NCBI GenBank assembly: GCA_030141605.1
Contig: JAQGDQ010002367.1
Coordinates: 248,001 to 312,000 of the forward strand
Source: Tubiluchus corallicola
Taxonomy: Eukaryota; Animalia; Priapulida
Reading direction: 5' to 3'
DNA length: 64,000 nt
Part shown: positions 53,801 through 64,000 of the stretch, one piece after another
Layout: each line of letters begins with the position of its first letter
Numbering within the stretch: position 1 is the first letter of the stretch
Program-made: the position numbers and the translations under genes
The notes under the pieces: generated by a model
Database searches by the model: none
What the model was told of the DNA's origin: nothing
Seen by the model: only the letters and a program-made list of their open reading frames with translations

Positions 53801-56800
53801 TATCGAAATATGAGTATAGCTGGTATTCGTGTTTGTGTTAGATTTTATTATAGAAGTATTTAGATTGATATCTGTGGTATAGTCACAATGTATTCTACTA
53901 ATTCTGTTATAGAAGTTTTGGTCTGGATCAAAATCTGCATACTGAAGGCAGTAATTTTTCATTATAATTAAATGGACTTAGATGTAATTCAGTAAGTTGT
54001 AAAGTACCTGAATCAAGTAAATCGATCATGTCAATAGCGTTTTTGAATTGTATTTCATTTTCTATATTATTGAATGGCAATACATCTGCAAGGCATTTTG
54101 TACAGTACCACGAGTCTACATTAATAGAGTCGTATTGTTCTGCCGTTAGATTAGTACATATCAAGTGTTGCCAAATTTCACAAATGCTACATAACAGACC
54201 TTTGTGGTCATTCCGCATCTTATTAAAACATATTGAACAATTATCATTTTGATTATTAGTAATCAGAGAATTAGTGAAAAGTATTTAAAGAAAAAATAAA
54301 TAAAAAACGTCGAAGAAAATGAAAATGTTTAACTATTAGCAAAAGTGAAAATACAATTAAATTACTGTACAAAAGTTGACAGTTTGTTTGTTGCATCTAG
54401 TTGCCAGTCTAGTGACTCATCATTTAATTACAATATTATTGTGGTGTTATCAACTTATTAAGATGCACAAATGTTATATGAATTACATCACCAAAGAAAA
54501 TGTAACAATTCAATATGATTAAAGATCAAGTTTTAATTTTTTTATTATCATCTCTTAATCCAAAATGTTAATATTTAACAGAAGTTTAGGAACTATTCCT
54601 ATCATGTTAGGAGGCCAACTTAAAATCACGTCATTAGGCATCTTCTAATATAAAAACAATTTTATAGTTACCATAATGTAAAAATAAAACTTAAAGAATA
54701 ATTCCTGCCACGTTTAGGGCCTAACATAAAAGCCTCGTTAAGAAAAGCAATTTTTGAGATTAGGTACATATGAAGAAACGTTAACATATAATAACATTAA
54801 GATTATACGTCAAGTCATCTTGTGATTATTTTTATATTCTTTTAGTGCATGAAATAGCGTTAAATATAAACAAATAATTAGACACTGAAATTGTATTTTG
54901 TAAGAATTTTTGCATGATTCTGAATGCTTAACTTGGTCAACTGTTGTCAACCTTTATGTGAACTTGTTGATTGTCTAACATGATTATTTGATATTAACCT
55001 CTGTATGCAATTATAACATTAAGATTGATTTATTCAACATTTGTTGGTAAACTTTGATCTCTTAATTTACTCATTCAGAGATTTTTTTGCTTACATTATT
55101 AAGTTCCGATCTCGTATTTAACCTTTTGCATCATTTATAACATTTTATAATAGTAGGCACCGCTTAATAGACTCAAATTGGGACCGAAGTGTTTTAACCC
55201 AATTAACCGACTGAACCTATTAACCGATGGGTGTAATATTAATGGTATAAAAGTACGAGTCATCAGCTTAGTATTAACTGCAAAGATTTTTTAATGAATT
55301 TTTGAAAAGAAGTAATGCCCAAGTTAATTTGTGTAGCTAAAAAAAAACTTCCGAGAGTACTTTGGAAAATTTTCAACTGCGCTGCTGCACACTGCTGTCC
55401 CATCTTTGGGAGTTTGTTGTGCTGCTCCAAAATTTTCAGTTTTTCCTTAACTGTCAGACTTTTGCACTCATGCTTCATTTTTAAAACTTCTTAACTCTTG
55501 CTCTTACTTGCTGTATGATGTTTACTCTTGTAAGTCCCAAAGAATACAGGCTGATTACTGTACATGGATCTTTGACTGTTAAGTGATTAAGCGCGATTTG
55601 CATCAAGAGCTTCAAAGGAAACAGCTAGACAAGTGATTAAATGTTTAGCTTCCAGAATTTCTTGTGTAACGAGGTTAACTGCAGTGAACGTGCAGGTAAC
55701 AGATTCAAAGCAAAACCGCTATGCTAGCATATTAGTGCATGATTAACGTACTTGCTTACCAACAAAACGGTACTTAGCATGATTGTTTCTACATATATTA
55801 TAGTTCACAAAAGCGAAGTAAATATGACATAAAAGTAGGATAAGCTCTTTGGGTACATACAAATGTCTTATTTTAAGTATGTAAAGGAAAAATATTGAGT
55901 CAATTATGCAGAGTTATTTGAGTCAATTACCAACAGTTTTTAATTTGTACATTTGAATAGAAGCAGTCTGTACCAGGCAGTTTGAGTCAATAAAGCAATT
56001 AAGTTTATTAACAGTGAGTCTATTAAGCGGTGCCTACTGTATTAACATTTATATTATTTTTTGTAGTTTTTTGTCGTTTGTTCTCCGGAGTGTCACGACG
56101 CATGTGGCATGAGTTCAATTCTAGGTTTTTGTAATTATTTTTCATTTTTATACTTTGATCAATATTGCAGTTTTGCTCCTTTCAAATATTTTTTTTTACT
56201 TTGAAAACACTTAGTTAAATTAATATCTTCTGTTGCTCATAAATAATCTGTACACGTTTGTCTGTAGGTTTGCAGTTTTGCTCCTACAGGTTACCTACAT
56301 GGTTTCATTATATAGTTTTATGCTGGCTTGATCACGTGACTTCATATGCATTGGCAGTTAACTGGCTTCTTCGTAAAGTTTATATAAGCTATGCAGTTCT
56401 GTATACACTAACTATCTGATATGTCAAAAAATGCTATTCTTGTGATGTGAAAATTTAAAGTGTTTTGTGCAGCAATTGTGATAAAACTTGTGTATGCTTG
56501 TACTTATTATGCATTGAAATTATGAAAGTTTAACTTACATTGCTGTGATAGAATAAAGGTTTTATTAGCAATGGCTTAAAATTAAATTAATTTATTTTTG
56601 TTTTTGTTCAACTAGAATAATGCAACATTTACAACAACGTGAACCTGACTTATTATCAAGGATATGCCTGTAAGATGGATGAACTGCCAAAGGTGTCTTA
56701 GCCACATTTGGATGTATATACATCCTCTCTATGAAGTGAACAGCCATAGTCAGCATGGCATACGTAATCGCTCAGAGGAAGAATTAAAGTGGTTCACCAT

Positions 56801-59800
56801 CCACTCACTGACCTGCCTCAGTGCTATCTTAATTTCAGTAGCCGAGATGACGTCGATATACCATTGTACCTGCACTTTGCCTTCTCATCTTGACAAATTG
56901 AAGTGAATCACTATAAATTGGCTACATGATGTTCAATAACCGAGTTAAATGTATAAATATTAACACTAACCTTATGGAAATCATCAAAAGGCACAGCAGC
57001 TACGGAGCCCCTGATACGAGATGCAATAGCCTTGCAAGCATCACCCACAAAATCAGCAACGCTAAAAAGCTTATAGGAATCAGACTCCTTATTTCCCAGA
57101 TCAAAATGCCTGCAGAAAATTACCTTTATCAGTGATGAATCATTTTTATACTAACGGTAAGGTAGATGGAGATGTGGGACGATACAGTGCTTAGTGTACT
57201 CACATCGTAAAAATTATCGTATATTTCAATAGCAAATTTTTTTAGGGTAAGACAAAACACGATTACTCTGTTGAATGTTAAAAAGTAATCATTTGGAATA
57301 GTGTACAATTACATGTTTAAAATCCAATATAAATGAGAAGTAAATTGTTGTTGGTAACAAATAAAATTACCCTGGCATGTAAAATAACACACATTTGGAC
57401 GTCTTAGAAGTGTTACAGGATACACACACAATAAAACCAAATTTAAAGCAGTTACCAGTTGTATGCCAGCTGAAGCTGCAAGCGGGCATGGTCAGCTGTT
57501 TCCACGGTTACTATGTCGGTGAAAAAATCGGGTCCCAGTAGCAAGCATAATGCTTTGATCACATTGGGTTTTTTCGGTTTACCACCTGATAAACTCAGTT
57601 GTGTGAATTGCTCATCTGGGTTCAACATTACTTGTTCTGGTCCGAATACAACTCTGCAAGTTTTAGGTGTTATTATTACTATGACACTCACTAAAACTCA
57701 TTCTTCCTTGTAAAGTGGTTGTTTGCAGAGCATAACTCGCTGACCTTGTGTGTGGTTCAGCGTCACTTGCAGGCAGCACAAGAAAAATCCAAAAGTCACT
57801 CGCAGTACAAATGTTAAGGTGTCAACTAACTATTGAATTCTTTCTTAGCCAGTAGCATTTCAACGTTTACATCATTTTGCTCTAATTAGCAAACAACATT
57901 CTCCAAGTTAATTGCGTCTCCAAAAAAATTGTTAAAAACTCTAGAAATGTGGTTATGCTATTATAATACTAACCACAAAAATTAATACAACGATGCAAAT
58001 ATTCAATGCAATTGACAGTAAAGCAATTTCTTTTATACTTTTTCTCGAAAATAATCAGAAAAAATTGTGGCATGCACACATCTAGAAAATAATAAAACAG
58101 TTTACATATCCCATTATTCTAAGGTAAGAAAAATAACCTAGTAGTTACTGTGTGTGTTTTACGACCACAATTGAACAATATTGGCCCGAGCAAAACAGCA
58201 CAAAGAGCCGATTTAATTTTTTCCCCAATAAAGTCAGTTTCAAATCTGTTAATCTTATTGAGGCGATCCAGATTGTAAATTTTCTGTAGAGGAATCATGG
58301 AACAGCATGCTGCATTGGTTTTCACCTCAAAACACACAGAAGTCATTATTTTGAGTCATATATGACCAACATTTGCATGAATGCAGAGTGACCCAAGGTA
58401 AATCATGCAATACGGGAAACCTAATAACCTATTTGCCCTCCGAACGCTAGTGGAATCAGTGTTACTTTAATTAATCAAAATTTTTACAATGAAACAAAAG
58501 GAGACATAGTGCATTAATAGGACTATTTTGTTTCGTGTTGAGTCATAGTTTTATATAAAAATATAATTAACCTTACTTTCTAGCACACCATTAGTAACGA
58601 TTTTTATTATAAAATTGAGATATGTGTAGAAAGGACAAAACAAATTGTTTCTATCACATACATGCTCAATGGTTTTTGTGAAAGGGTTTGACATTCGATA
58701 AGCATAATAGGACACTTACCCTAGAAACTTTTCTGCAAGAAATTAAGTAAAGTCAGCTGTTTTTAAAACATTTATAACATTAATAAAAGTACTAGCCAAA
58801 CCCCACAAAAAGAATTTTGTGCACAAATCAACACACAACCCACACCACACCACTCCACCTCATCACACCACACCATACCACTCCACCTCATCGCACCACA
58901 CCGCACTGCACCACACCATACCACCTACACACCACCTTACACATCTCTCTTTCTTGCTCTCTCTTCCTCTCTCACTCTCCTGCTCTCTCTCTCTCTCTCT
59001 TATTATTATTATTATATAACAAATCAGACCAAGAGATTAATCTAGCTACCTTGCTTTTTTGTTCTTATAATCATATATTTGTACAGCTGCATTGTGTGGA
59101 ACTCTGAAAGTAACAACACGAGTTTTATCACGAGTTTGACGCTGTAACCCTCCCTGACGGTTGCTGCGATCTGCATATGGATCACGTTCCTGTGTTAGCA
59201 AATCTTCTACTGCTGGTAACATCTATAAAAAATGTTGCAGATATTTCAAAGACTGCAGTTAAACAGAAATTAGAAGGAGTACTGAGAATATTGACCACAG
59301 CTGTAGGAGGCAGCAATTCAAATTCATTCTTTAGTCAAGTCATATTTTAATACAAGCAAGTATTTAATATGCTTAAAAGAGAATCAGCACAATTTTAGTT
59401 ATGAAATTTTTATCTCAAAAGCTTGTTCTAAGAACGGAATAAAATAAGCAATCTACGAATGCTGTTCAGAAGTATAGTTAGTGTGAAAAGCAATGTTAGT
59501 GACAATTAAATATATCACAGCTTTAATAATAGTGCACTAATTCAGAAATTTTTACAGACAGTCTAACCTAAAATTCCATGCGAGTTACACCGATACTACA
59601 ACCGGAAACTTTTGAAAAACAACTATTAACCCTCACCATCACTGCTGCAAAGCAGCCACATCCAACTGTTTTATCTAAATTACATAATTTGATTCTGAGA
59701 CCATCCAACATTACCAAGCCACTTTTCTTAGCAGCTCCAATATGTTAATAAAGTTTTGAAAATGCAAAACTTAAATGTTTTATCATAACCCTGGCAACTA

Positions 59801-62800
59801 CCCATCATCAACAGAATGCATAGGCCAAAATAAAAATTTATTATAACTTGAGCTAAAATGCTATACGTATTTTGATCTTGACCTTGATGTTCAAAATTGC
59901 AAATAAATTAAATAAATTGTTAAATAAGAGGCTGCAAAACAACTGAAACAGATGACTAAAATATAATTAAATAGCGATTGTAGTTAATGTATAACATACC
60001 ATCACAGCTATTATACAGCCTGTTAGCTGATTAAATCATGTGAAATTTTGACTTGCAAAACCACTTTCAAAATACACCTAAAGCATTTTATTAATAATCT
60101 TATTAGGCTGTACATATTCTGTTGATGACAGCAAACTGGATTATGCTGAAAAAATTAGGTTCTTATTTTCCAAAGCTTCATTAAAATTGTGAAGGTATCT
60201 GGCCACTGTTACTGAATCAATTTTTCAGAATTAGAATTTCAAAATAACAGATGTACACAATTTATGTGCACGTTCATTGATTAATTGCACCATTTACATT
60301 AAATAAAACTACAGGTACCTGATAATTTTACTTAATAACTAACTTTTACTAAATAACAGTAAGATATCCTTGTAACTTCCAATAGATAAGGCACACCACT
60401 TCTTTGTATATGTAGTAATGCATGGTACTGACAAGTACATGAAACGGCACCAGTAGCCAAGGGTTAAGTAATCATGCTTTCCAAACATTAGACTTACTGA
60501 TTTCTCCCAAAGCTCCTCGTCTTGAGACAACATGTATGTTTCTCCATTAACTGCTCTAACCTACAAGATAGTCATACAAAAAAATATGTGGAACCTTGAC
60601 AGAAAAAGAATGGAACATGTTATGAAGTTATATGTACAAAGCAGATTAAACAAACATGCTGCCTTGGGTGAGGATGTACGCAAGTGTTTGAATGCACTAA
60701 ACAATTACTGATAGAAACATTTAACAAAAGTTTTTTATCGCGCGTTTCAGCTTTTTGCACGTTCCATTCTGGGTTGCTGTCTGTCCTTTTATGGATCTGG
60801 TATGCCCTCACCTGCTGCTGAACACTGTCGTAATGCATGTCAATAATATTAGTACATTGTGTTATCGTTCTCTCTTCAGCGATGCTCTGAGAATATGTAA
60901 AAGGTAAACGAGCTTCTGAACTATAGGGAGCACGATCAGAGAGCATATTTTCTATAGCTTGAGGAAGTAACTTATGCCACAAGCACTCATCTTCATTAAG
61001 CATGTATGTATGACCTATGACAGCACGTACCTAAATGAACATGTACATTTAAATGCTTTTGTTAAAATATTAGGCAAATGTTTACTTAATGGGTGTAATA
61101 TTTTTGAAAAAATAAGACAAATTTCAAAACTCAAGCTAATGATTGCAGGAAAGGAGTTTGAAAATAGCAGCAGATATTTATAAATTAAAAAAGCTAAAAG
61201 AATTAGATTTTAATCAAAGTTTGTGAAAATTAGTTAAATCTCGCTGCCAAAATCTTATATTCGTTTAATTAACGTTTAATCTGAGAAAATGGAGATATGC
61301 TTGAGATCCAATCAGTGACTATAGTCTGTTCGACTGTCGTCATACAAGTTTTATTAGATATTGTGGGAGGTCAACAACGTCTCACAATCTGCTCTTTCAT
61401 AATACCACCCACCTGATTTTTTTATATTTTGCATAAAAAATGTGGCTCCAAAGAAAAAGGAAGTATTACATTGTAAAATACTTTTAAAGAAGTCCGCTTT
61501 TAAAACATCTCCAGCATGAGAATAGTCTAGTTTCACTTTAATTGGAAAACTTTTCATTAAGATAAGTATATTACAGTAAGTTCTCGCTTAACGATGCTAA
61601 TGCCATTCAACAAAAGGCGACATTAAGTGAAACGTCATTAAATGAAGCCAAGACTTCCATAGAAAGTAATGTAAAAGAATTGAGATACGTTCCAGAGGCA
61701 AAAATCAATACTGGTTAAATAATATACTTAAACATTTTAAGAGCTTTATTCATATTTCTACTGATTAATTTCTTTCTGCTTGCCTGAAACCACCTATATA
61801 TCTTACTTGCCATTACCTAGCCATAGCGGTCTCTCTTTCGTTAAAGTTTAAGCCTAGGCAACGGTTAAATAATAAACACTGCAAAGTCAAAGCCAAGTCC
61901 TGGGCGAGCTTGGGAATTTTATCTAGATACTTAGTCTAGTTGCTATAACAACAGGTTGCATGCATAAAGTTTGCTGATAGGTCTCACTTGATTTAAATGT
62001 GTAGCATTTAGTAGTTAGCCCAGAAGCAAAAATGTATATAATAATTACACTGTTTACGTTACTAGTGCATTTTTAGAACAGAATAATGTACAGTTTTAAT
62101 GCATCAAATTAGGTGAAAATGTCGTTGACAAAATCAAAATTTGCCTTGAGCAAAGTACAAAAATAGTCGTTAAAGTGAAACGTGCATTGTTAAGTGAAAA
62201 AGGTGTCAAATGATCAGCATCATTAAAACGAAACATCGCTAAACAGGAAGACATGAAGCGATTACTGTACTGTAGAAATATTGATAGTAATGTTTACTGA
62301 ATGGCCGTATAGCACTGACTTTATCAGTAACAATGTGCATTGAATAAACTATGGGAGTAGTAAAACATTAAAGACATTTCTAGTTAATAAAGTTGTAGTT
62401 AATAAAGTCTTAGATTAATTAACCAACAAAAAATTAATAACCATGTTCAACATTTCAGATACCTTTCCACTTTTAATGTCACGCACATATATTCCTTCAT
62501 TCTCATCAAGTGGAATTGCAGTTCGTCTGGCCACGACTTCAACCTCAACTGGTGGCACATACTCTATTGGTCCTCTGATCATCCACCTGTCACCTGGCTG
62601 GCGAGTTTTACCCTAACCAGGAAAAGTCCTTAAACTACTCAGTCTTAAAAGTTACACATGTACAAAAAAAATGTCAGGTGAAGTGTGTAAATTCTTATAT
62701 AATTGTATAATTGTCTAGCAAAAGCTACTAGACATCAAGCAGAAACTAAGCATAATTAGTAAACATCTAATTTATTTTAAAAGCGGTAAATTTACAAATT

Positions 62801-63093
62801 CAGAAACAGAAGCTTTTTGCTTAAAAATAGTTATGTTACAACAACATTTTGTGGATACCTTACAGTATATAAAATATTACCGAGTAAAATTTTGAAATAG
62901 TTGATTCACAACTCTTGAATATAATAAATTATAAAAGCTATTAAAATTATACAATAACTGGACATACGGCAGTTGCATCACTGAATGACTCATTTGCTCG
63001 TAAGATCAGCCCTTCATTTTCACCAAGTATAAATACATTTTGAATACCAGCTTCCAGCTTCTCACCGGGGCGCAAGAAAAATGATTTCTCTCC
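44834..63093 (-). CDS. MVP: Major vault protein, 3' ten exons (gene continues beyond the right edge)
   Basis: Exons 62968-63093 ([23 protein letters not shown]), 62463-62612 ([19 protein letters not shown]...[13 protein letters not shown]), 60498-60560, 59050-59222 ([23 protein letters not shown]), 57456-57653 ([10 protein letters not shown]...[28 protein letters not shown]), 56971-57109 ([16 protein letters not shown]), 47845-48056, 46855-47098, 45468-45656 and 44834-44995 ([20 protein letters not shown]...*). All GT-AG and phase-consistent. Confidence 0.97.
45800..46580 (+). mobile_element. Penelope-like element remnant with an inverted pseudo-LTR, in an MVP intron
   Basis: About 170-bp imperfect inverted repeats (~45800-45966 and ~46400-46580) flank [18 protein letters not shown]...SVF* (~45970-46090), which resembles a GIY-YIG C-terminus. 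Confidence 0.6.
48318..48440. repeat. Perfect 59-bp tandem duplication
   Basis: cctatttggcttctgttaaatacataattagtgcacaatgttctatactgcaggctctg at 48318 and 48377. Confidence 0.95.
48480..49990 (+). mobile_element. Degenerate, internally deleted Bel/Pao LTR retrotransposon pol fragments
   Basis: [10 protein letters not shown] and LGWIL (peptidase region), integrase-like [19 protein letters not shown], and DUF5641-like LISLREY...[30 protein letters not shown]. No LTRs seen. Confidence 0.75.
50357..54265 (-). mobile_element. Near full-length degraded CR1/L2-group (Crack-like) LINE with PHD-APE-RT
   Basis: PHD finger (53928-54240, C..C...[12 protein letters not shown]...WYCTKC), APE endonuclease (53288-53779, [15 protein letters not shown]), RT ([14 protein letters not shown]; FADDTN at ~51570), C-terminus 50732-51055, and 3' AATAAA plus a (TTGAA)n tail at 50357-50381. 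Many stops and frameshifts. Confidence 0.92.
52194..52496 (+). mobile_element. RTE-derived bipartite non-autonomous element/SINE nested in the LINE
   Basis: 8-bp TSD aatgtgtg (52186-52193 and 52497-52504). Removing the insert restores the host LINE frame YDDIAHIILKKS. The 5' part is RTE-5'UTR-like (gcgcatcccccgggtggcggatggggg) and the 3' part is RTE-3'-like ([10 protein letters not shown], gat-rich tail). Confidence 0.8.
55151..56039 (-). mobile_element. Tigger/pogo non-autonomous element retaining a CENP-B-type HTH fragment
   Basis: TIRs (t)agtaggcaccgcttaatagactca and tgagtctattaagcggtgcctactg followed by TA. ORF 55263-55478 reads [34 protein letters not shown]. Confidence 0.85.
58828..59015. 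repeat. Compound simple repeat: CACAC-like, (CT)n and (ATT)n
   Basis: Directly visible, just inside the intron following MVP exon 59050-59222. Confidence 0.9.
60812..61030 (-). CDS. MVP: Putative alternative (duplicated) MVP exon, paralogous to exon 60498-60560 plus the start of exon 59050-59222
   Basis: tttag|[36 protein letters not shown]...DSVQQQ|gtgagg, 219 nt, phase 0/0. The frame stays open to the stop at 60620. Confidence 0.7.
61574..62267. mobile_element. Tigger/MER2-type MITE
   Basis: TA|cagtaagttctcgcttaacgatg ... gaagcgattactg|TA, with repeated gtcgttaa/gaaacg subterminal motifs. Confidence 0.6.
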
Positions 63094-64000
63094 CTAAATA
63101 GAAAAATTCTGTACCAGTAATGTATTTTTATATTTGATGATTAATAATGAACATCATTTTGTTGTGATAGTGAAAAAATCAAACAATTATTGTAAAACTT
63201 AAAAATAACTTATAGTCATTGCATTTTTTGTCTGTTGGTCAAGTTTTCAAATTTTTTCAGGTTTAAGGAGCAACTGCCACAATTTTTATGTTATAATATT
63301 GACATCTGTTCTTCAGTTTCTAATGTTAAGATGTTATGCCATTTGGAAGTATGTAAATACTAGCTCCATGGCAGGTCACTGGCTACAGTAGGCAGCTGAA
63401 ATCAGTGCCACATTTATCAATCCATGAGCACTGTTCACAGACTCAACATTTCAATATTTAGACTAGATAACTTCAAAATTTTAGAATCTGCTATTAGTGA
63501 ATTTAATTTGCAAGTATTTGAATTTGTGAGTACTTCGAATTTTTGAGAAACTCTTTAGATAAAGCTGGAGTAATGTTCATCAACTTTCTTTTCCCCCACA
63601 ATTATTTTGAGAAGCTCGTTTACAGTGTTGAACATGTGTTGCTGCAAAGGTTTATCCTATTGCCAAGCACAGGCAAGAGTCAGAAAATGTAGAGTGTAGA
63701 AATAGCCTAACTATAATTTTCTGTCATTTGACAATGTACTGCACAATCTACAAGTTTTAAATTAAAAATCGTTGTTTGCTTTTCACCGAGTGTGATTTTA
63801 GACTTTTGTAATGGTCTGTATCCATTAAATTTTCATTAGGTAAGAATCGTGCTCGTGACAGACCAAAGGTGAAAGCGTGCAGTTGGTACAACAGATCACT
63901 GTGTTTGAATAACTAGACCCGTGTGTATACTTAAGTGGATGCTGGCATTTATTTTCTAAAAGTAAATAAGTAATAAATTTAGTGAAATGTCAATTCTATT

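Noticed and set aside
56640-56910. GC-richer intronic block, possible cassette exon or C/D snoRNA
   Set aside because: No MVP similarity, poor polypyrimidine tract, no canonical C box, and no clear rRNA-complementary guide.
59223-59330. [13 protein letters not shown] peptide upstream of MVP exon 59050-59222
   Set aside because: Out of frame with the exon, weak acceptor, leads to a stop; the similarity is too short.
61354-61557. 67-aa minus-strand ORF in an MVP intron
   Set aside because: No recognisable MVP repeat similarity or phase-compatible splice sites.
44000-64000. Vault RNA gene near or within MVP
   Set aside because: No convincing box A + box B + oligo-T Pol III unit found by eye. 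A covariance-model search would be needed.

Overview
AT-rich, intron-containing eukaryotic DNA, most likely from an invertebrate animal: it has MVP, a PTB adaptor of the 'insect-like LDLRAP' type, and Tigger, CR1/L2, RTE, Bel/Pao and Penelope elements. Gene models were built by hand from GT-AG sites and reading phase. From left to right: the 3' exons of an unidentified Ser/Lys-rich gene (+, ends 1538); a complete 15-exon MED15 (-, 2296-20905); a 31-bp minisatellite in the MED15 promoter; an SLC16/MCT transporter (+, 24800-29450); an orphan single-pass membrane protein (-, 30109-32983); a (GAT)n tract; an intronless PTB adaptor (-, 40513-41220); and the 3' ten exons of major vault protein (-, 44834 to beyond 63093), whose 9-kb intron holds nested transposons. 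The most notable observation is a second, anciently duplicated MVP exon (60812-61030). It has 14/20 identical residues to the canonical exon 60498-60560 with near-saturated synonymous sites, the same splice phases, and a start that regenerates a 5' splice site. It could encode vaults with a ~52-aa longer loop, or a cap-less truncated MVP. Also notable are a 43-bp array that copies a MED15 splice donor five extra times, a bipartite RTE-derived SINE with a structured 5' end, and an MCT with an unusual loop rich in glycosylation sequons. No database searches or folding programs were run.
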